Below are positions 24,917-38,114 of a stretch of 64,000 nt of DNA, piece after piece. Position 1 is the stretch's first letter, and each line of letters opens with the position of its first letter. Position numbers and translations under genes: made by a program. The stretch is from Camelus ferus (lineage: Eukaryota): assembly GCF_009834535.1 (NCBI RefSeq), contig NC_045696.1, positions 97,714,001-97,778,000 of the forward strand, read 5' to 3'. The notes beneath the pieces were generated by a model. The model saw only the letters and a list, made by a program, of their open reading frames with translations. It was not told the DNA's origin and did not search any database.

Positions 24917-26875
24917 CACTAATACACTTTAATTCATTTCTGCTTATTTAACATGAATATGGAATGCCTTTGTTTTCCCTCTTGTACAGGTAAAGCTTCT
25001 AAATATCCTTAGAATGGAAAAATTCAAACATATATGATGGTAGAAAAAATAGTGTAATAAAACCCCGTACACTCATCATGAAACTTCAACAAATATTAAC
25101 AAATGGTCAATCTCCCTTTATCTGTATTTCATATCATTTCAGCCCAAAATACATCAGTCTGTTTCTCTAAAAGGTATGTATCAATCTTAAAACAATAACC
25201 ATTCACATAAAATGGAATATGGTTTCTGTGTTAGCAGTGCTTGCCAAAGTATAGGCTGAAGAGTGAGAAAGGTGCACAAAGACTTAACAAAATGCCCACA
25301 AATATTTGCCGGTTTAAATATTTACTTCAAAACAGAAGAGCCATTGTATTCCCTGATAGCTCTACAATTCATAACTATTGTTGGGTGGACAGATGAATAC
25401 TTTAGTGGTTAAAGCAAACTTGGGAAACGTTTCGTGTTCTTCTTGTGGGGGCTAGTGGGGCAGGATGGTTTTATCCAGCCACGAAGTGCAGGGAAAGAAG
25501 CTCCAAGACCCTCCCTCCATTCTCATGTCTGTGCCAGTCTCTAGCCAGGGACTCTTCTTCCTTAATGTGCCGTCATTGACTCTGCCTCTCTCTGGACCCA
25601 TGATCTGTACACACAGTGAGAAAAAGACACAGAGGAGACTCAGTCTGCTGAAAATACATAATGGATTTCTGTAGTGTTCACATTGCTCTTCATAGCTTAC
25701 AAATTTCGCAATTTCACAAATTGCCACCTTTAAACTTCACCATAATGCTGCTAGGGAGGTATTATTGTGCCTGTTTTATGGCAAGTGAGCCAAGGATCAA
25801 AGTTAAGGGACTTGCCAAGGGCATGCAGGAGATGAAGTTGGGGCACCAGGATTCTCTGGCAGGCTCATGTTTGTTTTGTTTTTCTGGGCTGTCTCTGGGC
25901 TAAAGCTTTTTTGTTTTTGTTTTTGATTTAAATAAATTCTAAAATTGTAAGGGATTAGGGAAGGGACATGGAATGAGTTTACAGTGTTTAAGAGTTTAAG
26001 TACAGAGTTTAGGTATACAAACTAAAAGAACAACACAATAGTAGACCTTCCTTTTCCTTCTCGTATCTTCTGATTGTTAATGAAGATAGCTCTTGCCTTC
26101 TTATGGAGGGATGGCTCTCATTAGGGTGAGTTCCACAATAACAGTAGAAATGCAGTCAATATATTGATCCCAGCCCCTGTCAAACAAAGGTCTTTTATGT
26201 GGATCCAGGGACAGAATTCAGCAGCCCATGGGCTTGGATGAAGAAAAAAATTCCTTTAAAAACTTTTCCTGATCTTCTAGCATTTCCTTCAATTACGAAT
26301 GTAGATTCCAAACCAGAGTAATTACTAACTGTTCCTTTGAGTCTGTCACCAAGAGAAATAAAAGGTATTTTCCTTTTATTTATAATTATAATTGTTGCAG
26401 GTATCTTGAAAATATCCTTTATGCTCATCACTACCTCAAAATATTACATCTACTAGACTTGGGGCTGGATCTTATTATTTAATATGTTAATAAAGACACA
26501 CGTTATGTTGACATGAAGTTTTAAAAGCCATTTTGATAACTGAATTTCTATATAATTATCTATTTTAATTGGAATCACATGTTCTCTATTTTATGCATTT
26601 AAACATATTACTCTTAGAAGGGGTGTAAGTATCACTATGTTGTCACAGGTGTCCACGGTACAAACAGAAGTTTTAAAAACTTGCTCTAAAGGAACATTCA
26701 CTAAATATCTTAAATTAGCCCCAGGGAACAGAATTTTCAAAACTTTTTAAAGAAGGAATTAAGTTCAGGCAATAATTCCTTAATATCGTCATCTCTTCCA
26801 TTTCTCTACTTGGTCCATTGAACCGACAAACAGTACAAATGCCATAAACTTTCATAGAAAATGATGCTCCTTTTT

Positions 26876-27047
26876 TTAAAGATCGATTAATTTTTTCAAA
26901 GGTTGTCTGTCTTGTTTTGTTTTGCTTTTTTTTGTGGAGGGTGGTAATTAGGCTTAGTTATTTATTTTTAATGGAGGTACTGGGGATTGAACCCAAGACC
27001 TCATGAATGCTAAGCATGTGCTCTACCACTGAGCTGAATCCTCCCCC
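26876..27047 (-). mobile_element. tRNA-derived SINE (vic-1-like), long form with extended 3' tail
   Basis: SINE body ~26930-27047. TSD TGATGCTCCTTTTT at 26862-26875 and 27048-27061. Confidence 0.9.
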
Positions 27048-28448
27048 TGATGCTCCTTTTTCTTCTTGGAAAAATGAACAAGCTGCTAAAAAACACACTA
27101 AGCTTGGTTCATCGGACACTTCCCAGAAAGAGAGGTGGCTTAAGATGGAGAGTAAAGTGGAAAAGGAAGGATGTCTGCATGGAGGAGTTAGCCAAGGACA
27201 AGACCTTACCTTGAAGAGAAAGACGTCCTGCACTGAGTCTGAAAATAGCATTTGTCTTTATGTGGAAAACCATGCCCTTTACTAACCTCCTCTTGACCAC
27301 AGGTAATCAAATTACGAGTGAAATAATCTAATAATTTTATTTTCAGTTGACAAGCATAAATTATATGTTAAATCTGTTCACGTAAGGAAGATATTTGTTT
27401 CAGTAACAACTGCTAATACGTGCTGTTCTCAGAAAACCATTATATTATCATTTTTAATCTAGATACAGAAAGGAAAGGGTCTCAAGATTTGACTAATGTG
27501 TTTTGATTATTCATACATATCAAGAGGAATTCAGAACTTCCATATGACTGGTCTGATAAAACTCTCCCGATAGCCCAACCTTTCACTTCGCTGCTAGAAA
27601 TCCTCTTGCTTGGTTGACTATTTCTTCATATCTCCATCCACACTGGGCAGAATCTTTGAGAAATTAGTTAGACTGTCAAGGGAAGTAAATACAGCATAAT
27701 ATTTAGAAACAGCAATGGGCAGGAAGAACGTGCGGTTGTTCCCCTTACAGCTTGTACTTTTACAATAAACTCTGTGGTTTATTGAGCAGACCATATTTTT
27801 CACGTCCTCACGCATCTGCCCTGGCTAATCCATCTCCCCACAGTGTTTTTCCTGTTCCCATTTACTCCCTCCAATCTCAAGATCTGCTAAGTCCTCATTT
27901 GCTTGCAGAAGCTTGGCCTACTCTCATTCCAGGTTGGGTGAACTGCCCCTCTGTACTACTAAAGTTCTCTGTCCTCCTTTCAGGGTCCTGATGGCTCTAG
28001 CTTCCCTCCTCCCAACCCCCTGCCCTCCCACTCTCTACTCAACATTGTGTTCTAGACTGTGAACATCTCAGGACTGGAATTACACTTTTGAGTTACAGGC
28101 AAATATTAGGCCCTCAAGACTTTTTTGTTTCTCTTTTATTCTAAATTTGGCATTTGCATTGAGAAACATTTTCTCTTTCAATATTCTAGAAATTAGAATA
28201 GGCTGAAAAGCATATGTTGTGAACTTGGACACAGTGGGAAGAAAATGTTAAGTTTACAAAATTCATTTTCATTTGCTTCTGGTTTCAGGCTGCTATCTTT
28301 CGATTTGGAGGGGGTTAGAGATGGCATGATCGAAAAAACAGATCCACAGAAAGAGAGATCAAATTGGTAAAGCCAATTTGGAAGGCAAGTTGGTAATATT
28401 TATGAAAATGAAGAATGGACATTCCCTTTGGTCCAATAATTCCAGTTC

Positions 28449-28587
28449 TTTTTTTTTTTTTTTTTAAATGAAGGGGTGGTAATTGAGTTTATTCACTTAT
28501 TTATATATTGGAGGAGGTACTGGGGATTGAACCCAGGACCTCATGAGTGCTAAGCACATGCTCTACCACTGAGCTATACCTGCCCCA
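28449..28587 (-). mobile_element. tRNA-derived SINE (vic-1-like), long form
   Basis: Poly(T), GGGGTGGTAATT tail motif and B/A boxes in reverse. TSD CAATAATTCCAGTTC (28434-28448) and CAATGATTCTAGTTC (28588-28602). Appears to sit in an old L1 fragment. Confidence 0.9.
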
Positions 28588-30061
28588 CAATGATTCTAGT
28601 TCGTGGTAGCCATCCTGCCTGGCTGTGGCCAGGGTGATTGCTTGGCTGCCTCTCAGTTCTTGTTTCCACAGTACGTTGGAGAGTTATCCATTACCATCAG
28701 ACATGTGGAAACCGTACCTTGATAGAGATACAGCTCTCTCTGCTCCACTGGGATGAACATGGGGTAACAATTTCCCCAGGCACGGCCCCCTCCATGAGCC
28801 AAGTGATTTCAGAATGTGAATCAGAGAACAGCCCACCCCCACTCCCCTCCGAAGCAGACACAGCTGGAACACCAATCCAAGGGGATTTGCTTAGGCCTCT
28901 TAAGCCTCAAGCACTGACCCCAGCTAGAAAAAGCTTTAGGCAAGTAGTATATTCCAGAAATTGCTTGTTTTCTGACTAAATCTTTTGGTTGAGCAATAGA
29001 ATCCTGGGACTTCCCTAGATTAAGTTGTCCAACATCAGGTGCTCGAACAGACGTTTAGTTATGAAGGAAGTTACGTTCATTTTACCTGAGTTTATTCACA
29101 GCTTTCTTTTTTCTAAGCAAAATCTTCAGTGAAAATCCCCAAACATGCAAAATTAGCTTTGCGATGCAAATTCTAGGCCCTCAAGACTTTCTATAGAATT
29201 AAATTAGTAAGTGAATAAGGCCAACAAATAAAAGACTGTGCGGGGTAACCTGAAGACTGAAGAATGTGTAAGGAAGGGAGGGGAGGCAAGTTGATCCCAA
29301 GCAGTCTCACTTCCAAGATGTTGATAAAAGTGTGTGTGGTGGGGGAGGAGGTGGGTGTGTGTTTGTGGTAGTTACGGGGAGGTGAGCTTTTTACCTGGCT
29401 GTATATCAGTATTTCCAATGTGGCGAGTGTGAAAATTACCCTGCCACTTTCTGACATATAAATGCTACATTTCTCTAAGTCAGAGAAGTTGCTTCTTTAC
29501 TTTCACCCACATGACTGGCATAAAATTTAACTTCTATTTTGCTTGGGGGGTTCTCTCTTATCCTCCAAGGGTTCATTCAGGGATTTCCTTGAAGATATTT
29601 GGGATGTCATAGCTTGGAGTCCTTTTCAGCTACCCCACCTGCTGTGGCTCATGAGTTTTCTGAGGCACTGCTCAGGCCGTATGTTCCAGGCAGACCAGAG
29701 ATGCCCCACAGGGTGGTCTGCTCCTCCACCACATGCAGGCCCACAGAGACCCTCAGGGCTGCAGAATCTCCTGTGAGCTTGGAGGTAAGGGTTGAGCCTC
29801 TAATGGGCATTTTGAAATAATTCCTGCTGAATGCTCACATGCAAGGGAGCCTGAGTCCCAGGTCCTTCCCAAAACCTTCCTGGTTCTTGCACACATGCCC
29901 ACTCCCAGCCTGAGGAGAACTAACCTTCCATCTCGATTAGGCAGCTTGTGTGGCTCCAGCTTCAAAGCCCTAACCTCCATATGCACCTCTGGGGAACACA
30001 ACTGGGGAAATTTTTGTACTGGGTGTCATGGGTGGGAGAAGGAACTGGAAATACCAGCTAT

Positions 30062-30412
30062 TCTTTTTTTTTTTTAAATATTATTTTTATTGAAGTATAG
30101 CTGTTTTATAATATGTTAATTTCAGGCATATTACATAGATTTAATATTTTTATAGATTATAACCTATTGAAAGTTATTGTAAAATATTGGCCATATCTCC
30201 TGCGCTGTACATTACATCCTTGTATCTTACTTATTTTGTACACAGTGGCTTATACCTCTTAATCCCCTCTCCCTATCTCTTCCTGTTGGTACACTAACTT
30301 GTTCTCTGTATCTGTGAGTCTGTTTTCTGTTTTGTTATATGCATTTATTTATCTTTTAGATTCCACATATAAGTGAAAATATACAGTATTTGCCTTTCTC
30401 CGTCAGACTTAC
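30062..30412 (-). mobile_element. LINE-1 3'-end fragment
   Basis: Poly(T), TTTTATTGAAGTATAG...TTTTAGATTCCACATATAAGTGA. Confidence 0.85.
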
Positions 30413-32159
30413 GTTTGTTTCCTAACAACTCACCTTGTTACAGATCTTCAGAAGTAGCAGGAAGCTTTATCTCCCTCCTCTCAAAGCCCGTCCCCACCCT
30501 GTGCCTCCACCGGCAGCCCTGGACGTCCCCACAGTTCCAGCCACTGTTTTACTTTGCAGGATGGAAAAGCTCAAAGCACGAGGTCTTGGCCCTTGTCCCA
30601 GTTTTCTTCATCCTGTTCATGACTCCAAAGAAAACACATTTCTGACTCAAAAACAAGCTGGTGGTTTCTGGTTTAGACCTCAAATATTTTCCCAGAGTCC
30701 ACCACAAAAACAATAAGGTTATCTTTTAATTTAAAATGATTTGTTCTAGTTTTTGTGGCAAAACCCTGCTATATTTTTGTTTATCCTACAAAGAAGCTCA
30801 TGTCTGCTTCTAAACAAAATATTTTTCAAAAAATAAAACAGCCTTCTCTCTGCTGATCCAAATCTCAAGAAGAGTTGGCATTTGTTATCATAAAGCTCCA
30901 AACAAATATTTATAAACACAATTCTTTTGCCACTTGCATAAATTTGGCAATTGTTACTCATGCTAGCATTGCTACTCAAAACTCGGCATTGATGTCTTCA
31001 AAATATTTTACTTTGATAGTATAAATGTACCCTATATGCCAAAGACTTCTTGGACAAGTGTGGTCACCAGTATATTATGCTGAAACTTGGCTTCTTTTTT
31101 GGAAACAATAGGAAACTCATGAGAGGAGTTTTGGAAAAAAAAACATTTTAGGGAACTAATCCCATAATATTTATGTGCTCTTAAAAATAGTAGCAACTAG
31201 ACCCCATTCGTAAGTACAAAAACTAAAAATCTGCCCCATTCTATGAGTAAAACTTCACTTTAAAATAAATATATTATGAAAACATGAACAAACAATATTG
31301 GAGACACAGAGACTAACTTGTGGATATCCATGTACTTCACTTCACCACTCCTTAGGAATAAGCCCACCAGTGCCAACTAGGTCTGTGAGCGTTTGTGATT
31401 CAACAAAAGTAGAGATAAGGTGGGAATGTGTTGGCTTTGCAATAGAGTAGAATAAATTTTGCTCCTGGAAGATGAAAGGAGAAAGGTAGAAAGAAAGGCA
31501 AGAACCAAAGGAAGTCTTAGAAAAATTTTATTGGGGATTTGGACTGAGTAGGGGGTTGAAATGACAGAACCTTCCGGGCTTACTGCAGGACAGGCTGGGG
31601 TTCCAAAGACAAGGTGGGAGCTGGACTTGAAGATGTGCTGCCACGTGCTGTGTACCAGTCCCCTTGACAGACTCTAGCAAGGAGTTTTTAAGTGTTAGAT
31701 TTTCTTTATTTAATTTTTTGAGTAGATTATACATTCATAGGTTCCAGTGTTTCAATGTACTCTGAGATTTATCAGGAAAAAGTCTCCTTAACACTGCAGG
31801 CCCCAGCCACCCAGTCCTCATCCTTGGAGGCCACCAGTATTACCAGTAGCATGTCTATCTTCCAGAGGTTCTTCATGCACCAAACCGACAGACCTTTGTA
31901 TTATATATTCTCCCCTTCACCTCATTTGCTGTACAAGTAATCGTAGCACATTACACAAAGTCTACACGCTGTTTTATTGTCTTTACAATATCTGGAATAT
32001 TCTTTCTTTCTATCTTTTTTTTTAACAGTTGCTGAGTATTCCACAGTAGCAATACACAAATATTTTTAGCCAGTTCACTCTTGGGGCTATTCCCAATCAT
32101 TTGCCATTATATACATGATGCTATGAATTCTCTTATTGATAACTTATTTTGTGCCCAGA

Positions 32160-32610
32160 TACCACTTTGACAGTCTGGTGAAGCCTATAAATTTGTTTTT
32201 ATCATGCTGTTTTCAAGTGTGAAAATAAAATCTTCAGGATTAAAAGGAAACCAAAAAAGGAAACCAATTATATTGGAATATAATTATCAAAAATATTTTT
32301 ATTTAGAACTCTATCTGTTTACTTATTGATGAATTAAATAACAAGATCTAGCAGTGGGTCTAATAATTGCTACCTTAATTTCAAAGTATGCATGAGATAA
32401 ACAGTATTTCAGAATATCTGCAACAACTATAATATGACATAAAGTATCTGATTTTTATTGGTAACAAAGGCACAGACTGATACTATTATGGTTTCCTGGC
32501 TACTTTCATAATTAAAGGAAATGATAAATTTCACTTAGAGTTAGTGGAAACAAAAACACATTTTTTTTTCGAATTCAAGTTGATAAATTCCCTAAATTTT
32601 TCTGTGGTGA
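32160..32610 (+). mobile_element. hAT-Charlie non-autonomous element (Charlie4a-like)
   Basis: Shares blocks with 57030-57535, e.g. GATC(T/C)AGCAG(T/C)GGG, TGCAACAA and TCATAAT(T)AAAGGAAAT...TTAGAG. A reversed fragment seems to lie at ~26450-26690. Confidence 0.6.
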
Positions 32611-33459
32611 CATTGTTCAGAAGTTCTGTATGACACATATGTCATTTCTTAAACATTCAAGGATATTTGTATGTATTTGTGAAGACCTAGAAGTGTTTTG
32701 AATTAGCAAGTGCTAATAAATCTGTAAATGAATGCACGTTGTTAAACAGCCAGAAATAGTCATTCCACCAGCACTGAATGAGGGTGTGTTAGTAAGCATT
32801 TGCCGACCTGAGAGGTGAGAAATAGTATCTTGGTGTAGTTTTATTTTGCATTTGTCTTATTGAAAGCAAACTTGAGCATCTTTTCATATATTCAAGAGCC
32901 ATTTTCTCTATTTTCTGTCCTTTGCTGCTTGTCCTGTTGGTTTGTTGGCAGGTTTGCTGTGTGCTGCGTATTCCAGGAGGCATCGATCACGGAGACTGAT
33001 GTAAACAGCACCCCCTGGAGCTGGCTGCACAGAAGCCCTAGTTGTTGGTCCCAGTAAAGATTTAAATTGCTATCTATTGTATTTTTACCTCAGCTCACTG
33101 TCTCTTTGAATCATCCGAATAGAATAAAAAAGAAACTGGAATCCTTAAGGCAGGAGTCTTATTTGAGTGACAGTGCTGTCTAAGACAAAGTCTGAAAGAA
33201 TTCATAACAAACTGATAACTGAAGTTATCTCTTCAGGGAAGTGGCACCGAAGGGTGTGAAGGAATTTTTACTTTGACTCGTTTTCAACTGTGTATTTATA
33301 TATTGTTTATGCCGTAAATAAATTAAAAGAATGAATACACATGATGAAAATTCAAATAATTCAGAGGGATATAAAAAGAACAGGAAAAGAATCTCTTTAT
33401 CCAACTTCCTCCCAACATAGGAATTAAAAAAAAATTACTCTGGTTGCCTTCTTGAGCCC

Positions 33460-34680
33460 ATCTTGTGGTTTTGAAATACCTTTTCCAGCTGCATAGAACT
33501 GGAGCTTCTTAGAGAAATAAGTGATTCCAGGTCTAGGGCAGGAAATGTACAAGACGAGCCTGGTACGTCTTGTTGTACCAAACAGCAAGGAAGGTACCAA
33601 AGACTAGGGCCATGGCAAAAGGACTCAGGGTTCAACTGGAAGGGGCTCTCACTGACCAGAGAGAGAGCGTCCTGGGCATCAGTAAAGATAGTAACACAGT
33701 GGCCTGAAGTACATGGTGAGCTCCAGGAGTTCATCATGATATTAGACAAAATAAAAAGTCATTGGTCATACTGGGAGGATGGCGAGGAACCAGCTCATTA
33801 TTTTGAACACTGGTAAATCAAGAGAGAATCTATCACTTATTCTTTCTTATTTAAATTGTTTCATTGAGTCACTAAATAATGGACAAGTTCTCCTTTTAAA
33901 AAGTAGGTCAGCTAATAAATGAAGATGTAACAATAGAATATATCATTTTATAACTCCTAATGGTTACTTATCTGGGCATCAATATCAACAGCGGTGGACA
34001 TCACCAAACAGGAAACAGCCAGACTTTAGTTGTTTCCTAATGAAAGAACACAATTCCACGTAAAACTTTGTCTGGCTAAAAAAAGAAAAGGAAAAAAAAA
34101 AAAAAAAAAAGAGCCTGCATCCGATGAAGCCTCCAGGTCCAACTAGCAATTTGCAGGAAATGCAGATGAGCCTGGTAAACAATACAGATTTCCAGACGGC
34201 AGGGACTCTCCTGTTATCTTCAACAAAGACACTGAAAGGGAGGAAGTAAAAGAGGAAGAGGGGAACCTTCAGAGACAGCTCAGCCCATCATAACAGTTAG
34301 ATCTTATTTGGATCTTGATTCAAACATACAAACTGTATAAACAAAGCAAATAACTTTTACAGCATTTACAAGACAACTGGAATTTGAACATTTGATGATG
34401 TCAAGGAATTCTTATTGCATAGTATTTTACACAATGCCATGGTGGTTATGTTTTTTTAAAGAGCCACTCTCTTTTAAGATACATACTAAAAAACTTACAG
34501 GTGAAGTAACGTGATGTCCGAAATATGATTCAAATAATATGGAAAAGAGGGAGTATTTGAATTATTGATGCAGCAAGATTGGCCATGGATAATTGTTGGA
34601 GCTGGGTGAGAGGGATCTGTGGGGGCTTTATATTATTTTGCCTAAGTGTCTTATGTTTAAAAATTTTAAAGTAAACAAAG
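33460..34680 (+). mobile_element. Old L1MC-like 3' region
   Basis: GATTCCAGGTCTAGGGCAGGAAATGTACAAGA and GCAAGATTGGCCATGGATAATTGTTGGAGCTGGGTGA resemble the L1MC 3' UTR as I recall it. Confidence 0.65.
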
Positions 34681-35659
34681 TCACTAGAGATCAATTTTTT
34701 TTTTTTCCTGAAAGAGGACATTGTGGCACGGGAGGCTGAGAAATATCTCATTTCTGTGAGGTTTATTGCCACATTGTTTAAGAAAAGAGTCTGACGTTTA
34801 AAAATTCCCATTTGTCATGGATCAGAAACATTCCTGTCTGCATCCCGTAGGAAGGGGCAGCTGTGCACCCACACAGTCAGGAGGTAGGTTGATGGGCTTG
34901 AAGACCGCATGTGCTGAAGATCAGCTGATCCGGGAAACAGACTGGGGGTGGTGATGGCCTTGAGGAAGGTTTCCTAGGAAGTGCTTTCAGGATTATCACC
35001 TGTGAGGAGAGTGAAGTGAGGAGTATGAGGCACCCAGAGAAGCTGAACCGAGATGCAGTTCCTGCAGGACCTCGGGTGAGCTCACAGGAGCCCTGGAGCG
35101 AAGGTGGCCTTTCTGAGTTGTTCCAGTTGAAGCAAGGAGGTTGGGTCTATTCTCCTCAGTCATTAGGACTGGGTAGCCCTCAGGAGGTGAGACTCTTCCT
35201 TAGGCAGAGAGCAGTTCCTTGGGAGGGCCTTGGCTGGGTATGGCTCACATGCCCTTCACACTCTCAGCAGAGGGAACCAGGGCCTCTGGCATGAAAGGGA
35301 TCTGGGCAGTGCCCCATGCAATCCACTGCATGTCACCACGCCAACTTTACTACACACCAGCCCAGGGACCATTGATCCTAAGTGAATGATGTGTAAGAAC
35401 TAGTCCCAAAGGGCAAGTCTTTACGTCAGATTCCTGATAACACACCCAACTGGTATAAAGTGATAAAAGGTTTTGTATTATTCACACTCTTTATATGTAT
35501 ATGATACTGGTAGTGAGTATCTTTTCCCCAAGTCCCTTGAAGTTCCCAAAGTGGCTATAGGGCTTTAAAAAATTATTTCCAGTACAATTTTGAAGGTGAA
35601 ATCTCACATTAAAATTTTTTTAAATTTCTAATGAACTAAGTTTATTTTTTAATTTTTTT

Positions 35660-35900
35660 GCACATTATTTTTTTTTAATTTACAATTAAAATGTTGTATT
35701 AGTTTCTGGTATACAGCATAGTGATTCAGGTACACATATACATACATACATATTCTTTTTGATATTTTTTTTATTACAGGTTACTACAAGCCATTCTTTG
35801 TGCTATACAGTAGGACCTTGTTGTTTATCTATTCTGTACATAGTCATTTGTACCAGCCAATCCCAAACTCCCAATTTATCCTTCCCTCTCCTTTTCCCCC
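35660..35900 (-). mobile_element. LINE-1 3'-end fragment
   Basis: TTAGTTTCTGGTATACAGCATAGTGATTCAG...GTGCTATACAGTAGGACCTTGTTG...CCCAAACTCCCAATTTATCCCT. Confidence 0.85.
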
Positions 35901-36434
35901 TTAATTTTTTTTTTTAAAGTATAAGAATACAAAAGGAGTTTATGAGGGTCTGCTGCCATAAACAACAGCAGGGCACACAGAAAAGAGGTGCCTGTGTGAG
36001 CCTCCCCCCTAAACTTTTAATTCTCTTTACTTTGAAATAATTTCAAGTTTACTGAAAAGTCCAAGAATAATGCCAAATACAGCCTTTATCCAGATTCACT
36101 CCAATTATTAACATTTTGCTCTACTCACTTTACCATTTTTTTACACAATCACCATACAATGCTTAAAATCAAGAAAGTCAGTATTTATAAGATGCTATTA
36201 TCCAATCCACAGTTCATACTCAAATTTCGCCAATTGTTCCAATAATGTCCTTACTAGCAAGGGTTTTCCCTCTGGTCCGGGATCCAATCCAAGATCATCC
36301 TTTGCATTTAGTTACTATGTGTCCTTAGTCTTCTCCAATCTAGCCTCTTCTCTCAGTCTTCCCTTACTTTCATCACCTTGACACATTTGAAGATTGCAGG
36401 CATCTTTGGCAGGAACTAAATTATAGACGTGGCA

Positions 36435-36870
36435 GTATTGATTTTCTATACTGCACAAAAAATTACCACAAATTTAGCAGTTTAAAACAACACTATTTAC
36501 TATTTCACAGTTTCTGTGGGTCAGGACTTTGGACTCAGTTTAGCTCTGTGAGGCTAGCATCAAGGTACAGTCAAAGGCTGAGTCCTCACCTCGTGGCTCT
36601 ACTGGGGAAGGATCTGCTTCCAAACTCACCCAGGTTGTTGGTAGGATTTACTTCTTTTTGGTTACAGAGCTCATGGCTTCAAAGTCAGTGAAGAGCCAGA
36701 TGGAGGCTTACATAAGATTGTCGCAGGATGACATCCCATCACCTTTGCCGTATTCTATTAATTAGAAGGAAGTCACAGGTCCCATCTACGCTCATGATGA
36801 GGAAGTTACACGAGAACATGCATGCCAGGAGATGGGGATTATGGGGCCATGTTCAAGTCCACCACAGCAA
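36435..36870 (-). mobile_element. MaLR LTR (MLT1-type)
   Basis: TTACCACAAATTTAGCAGTTTAAAACAACAC...TCACAGTTTCTGTGGGTCAGGA...CATCACCTTTGCCGTATTCTATT is a classic MLT1 pattern. Confidence 0.75.
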
Positions 36871-37214
36871 TGCTGTGTCCTCCTTGTATCCTACCAGGTG
36901 GTTCATAATATCCATTAGTCTTACTATCTGTCATGTTAACTTGGGTTGCTTGATTAAGGTTGTGTCTACCAGACTTCCCCAGTTACTCTTTTCCCCTTTA
37001 TAAATACCAAGCCTTTTTGAAGGAAGATTTTTTGATACAATGTCAATACTGCATTCTCATCAAACTTTTAACTAATTAATATCTCCATGAACTGTGAATT
37101 CTTATTTTATTCAAGTCATAATCCATTACTATTATTCATTGTCCCTGATTTGAAACAATGAGCATTAGTAGAAACAAATGCATCCCTTTAAAGCTGGCCC
37201 TTTTGACAGGATCC

Positions 37215-37720
37215 ATCATAAGATGTTTCAACATCTTAATAACCTTCCTGGCTGGGGAGATGCTACCCCTGCTGGGGCTAGCCAGTTGTTACAGATAGCA
37301 AAGGCCAGCATACCTCTGACTTGCAAACGAATTAATCCAGAGCCAGATGTGCCATATCTGGCCCATGACTCCGGGAGGCAATATTCCTCTGCCTTAACCA
37401 CCCCAAGGCCAGGTGCCAGGCAACTGGGGACCATCCCTATATGTAGAGCTTGCTGAAACTGTTCAAACTAGCCAATCCTAAATTGACCTTGCCCTTCCTT
37501 GCCTGGCCTTGAAACTCCACTAACAGTGCCCTAGGCCCTCCCTCACTCCTGCCCCTTCTGCCTCTTGACCACCCTGGTGTCCTTTCCATGTGGCACAGTG
37601 TGGCATCCTGTTTCTAGGAGTGTGAGTATAATACATTTTGTTTTCCCCACCTTCTCCTGTGTCTCCTCTTGTGGCCACACCTGACTGGCCGTTACGTAAT
37701 AGAACACTGAGCACTGACAC
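37215..37720 (+). mobile_element. Solo ERVL LTR (MER74-like)
   Basis: GGGCTAGCCAGTT...GGAGGCAATATTCCTCTGCCTTAA...TTCAAACTAGCCAATCCTAAA resembles MER74 as recalled. Confidence 0.7.
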
Positions 37721-38114
37721 AAGATACTCTAGAATCATTTTGTGTTTTGCTGCTTCAGCCCTAGAATCAGCCATTTCATCAAAGGGTCTTGGTTCCTTTC
37801 ACTGGAGAGTAGTATTTAGAAGCCAATATCTGGGTGCTATGTGTATTTTACTTGCAATGGTATTAACACTATGGTATTTATAACAGGTTCTTGTGAGAAT
37901 TTAGTGAGATGTACGTGTAAAGTTCTCAGACTCATGCCTGGCGTGCAGTAATTACTCAGTAACTGTTGAATGAATGATCCTCATGTTGATCAGAAGCTCT
38001 GAAAGTGAGGGGGAAACCTTCATCAACCTTTTTTGTAGAAAAACAAATAAAAAGTGAATTTGTCAGGGATCTTCATCCTCTTGTGGAAATATTTTTCTTT
38101 AAGAATTCCCTACA

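Noticed and set aside
25970..26020. Degenerate GAGTTTA repeats
   Set aside because: They are short and low-complexity, consistent with ordinary slippage.
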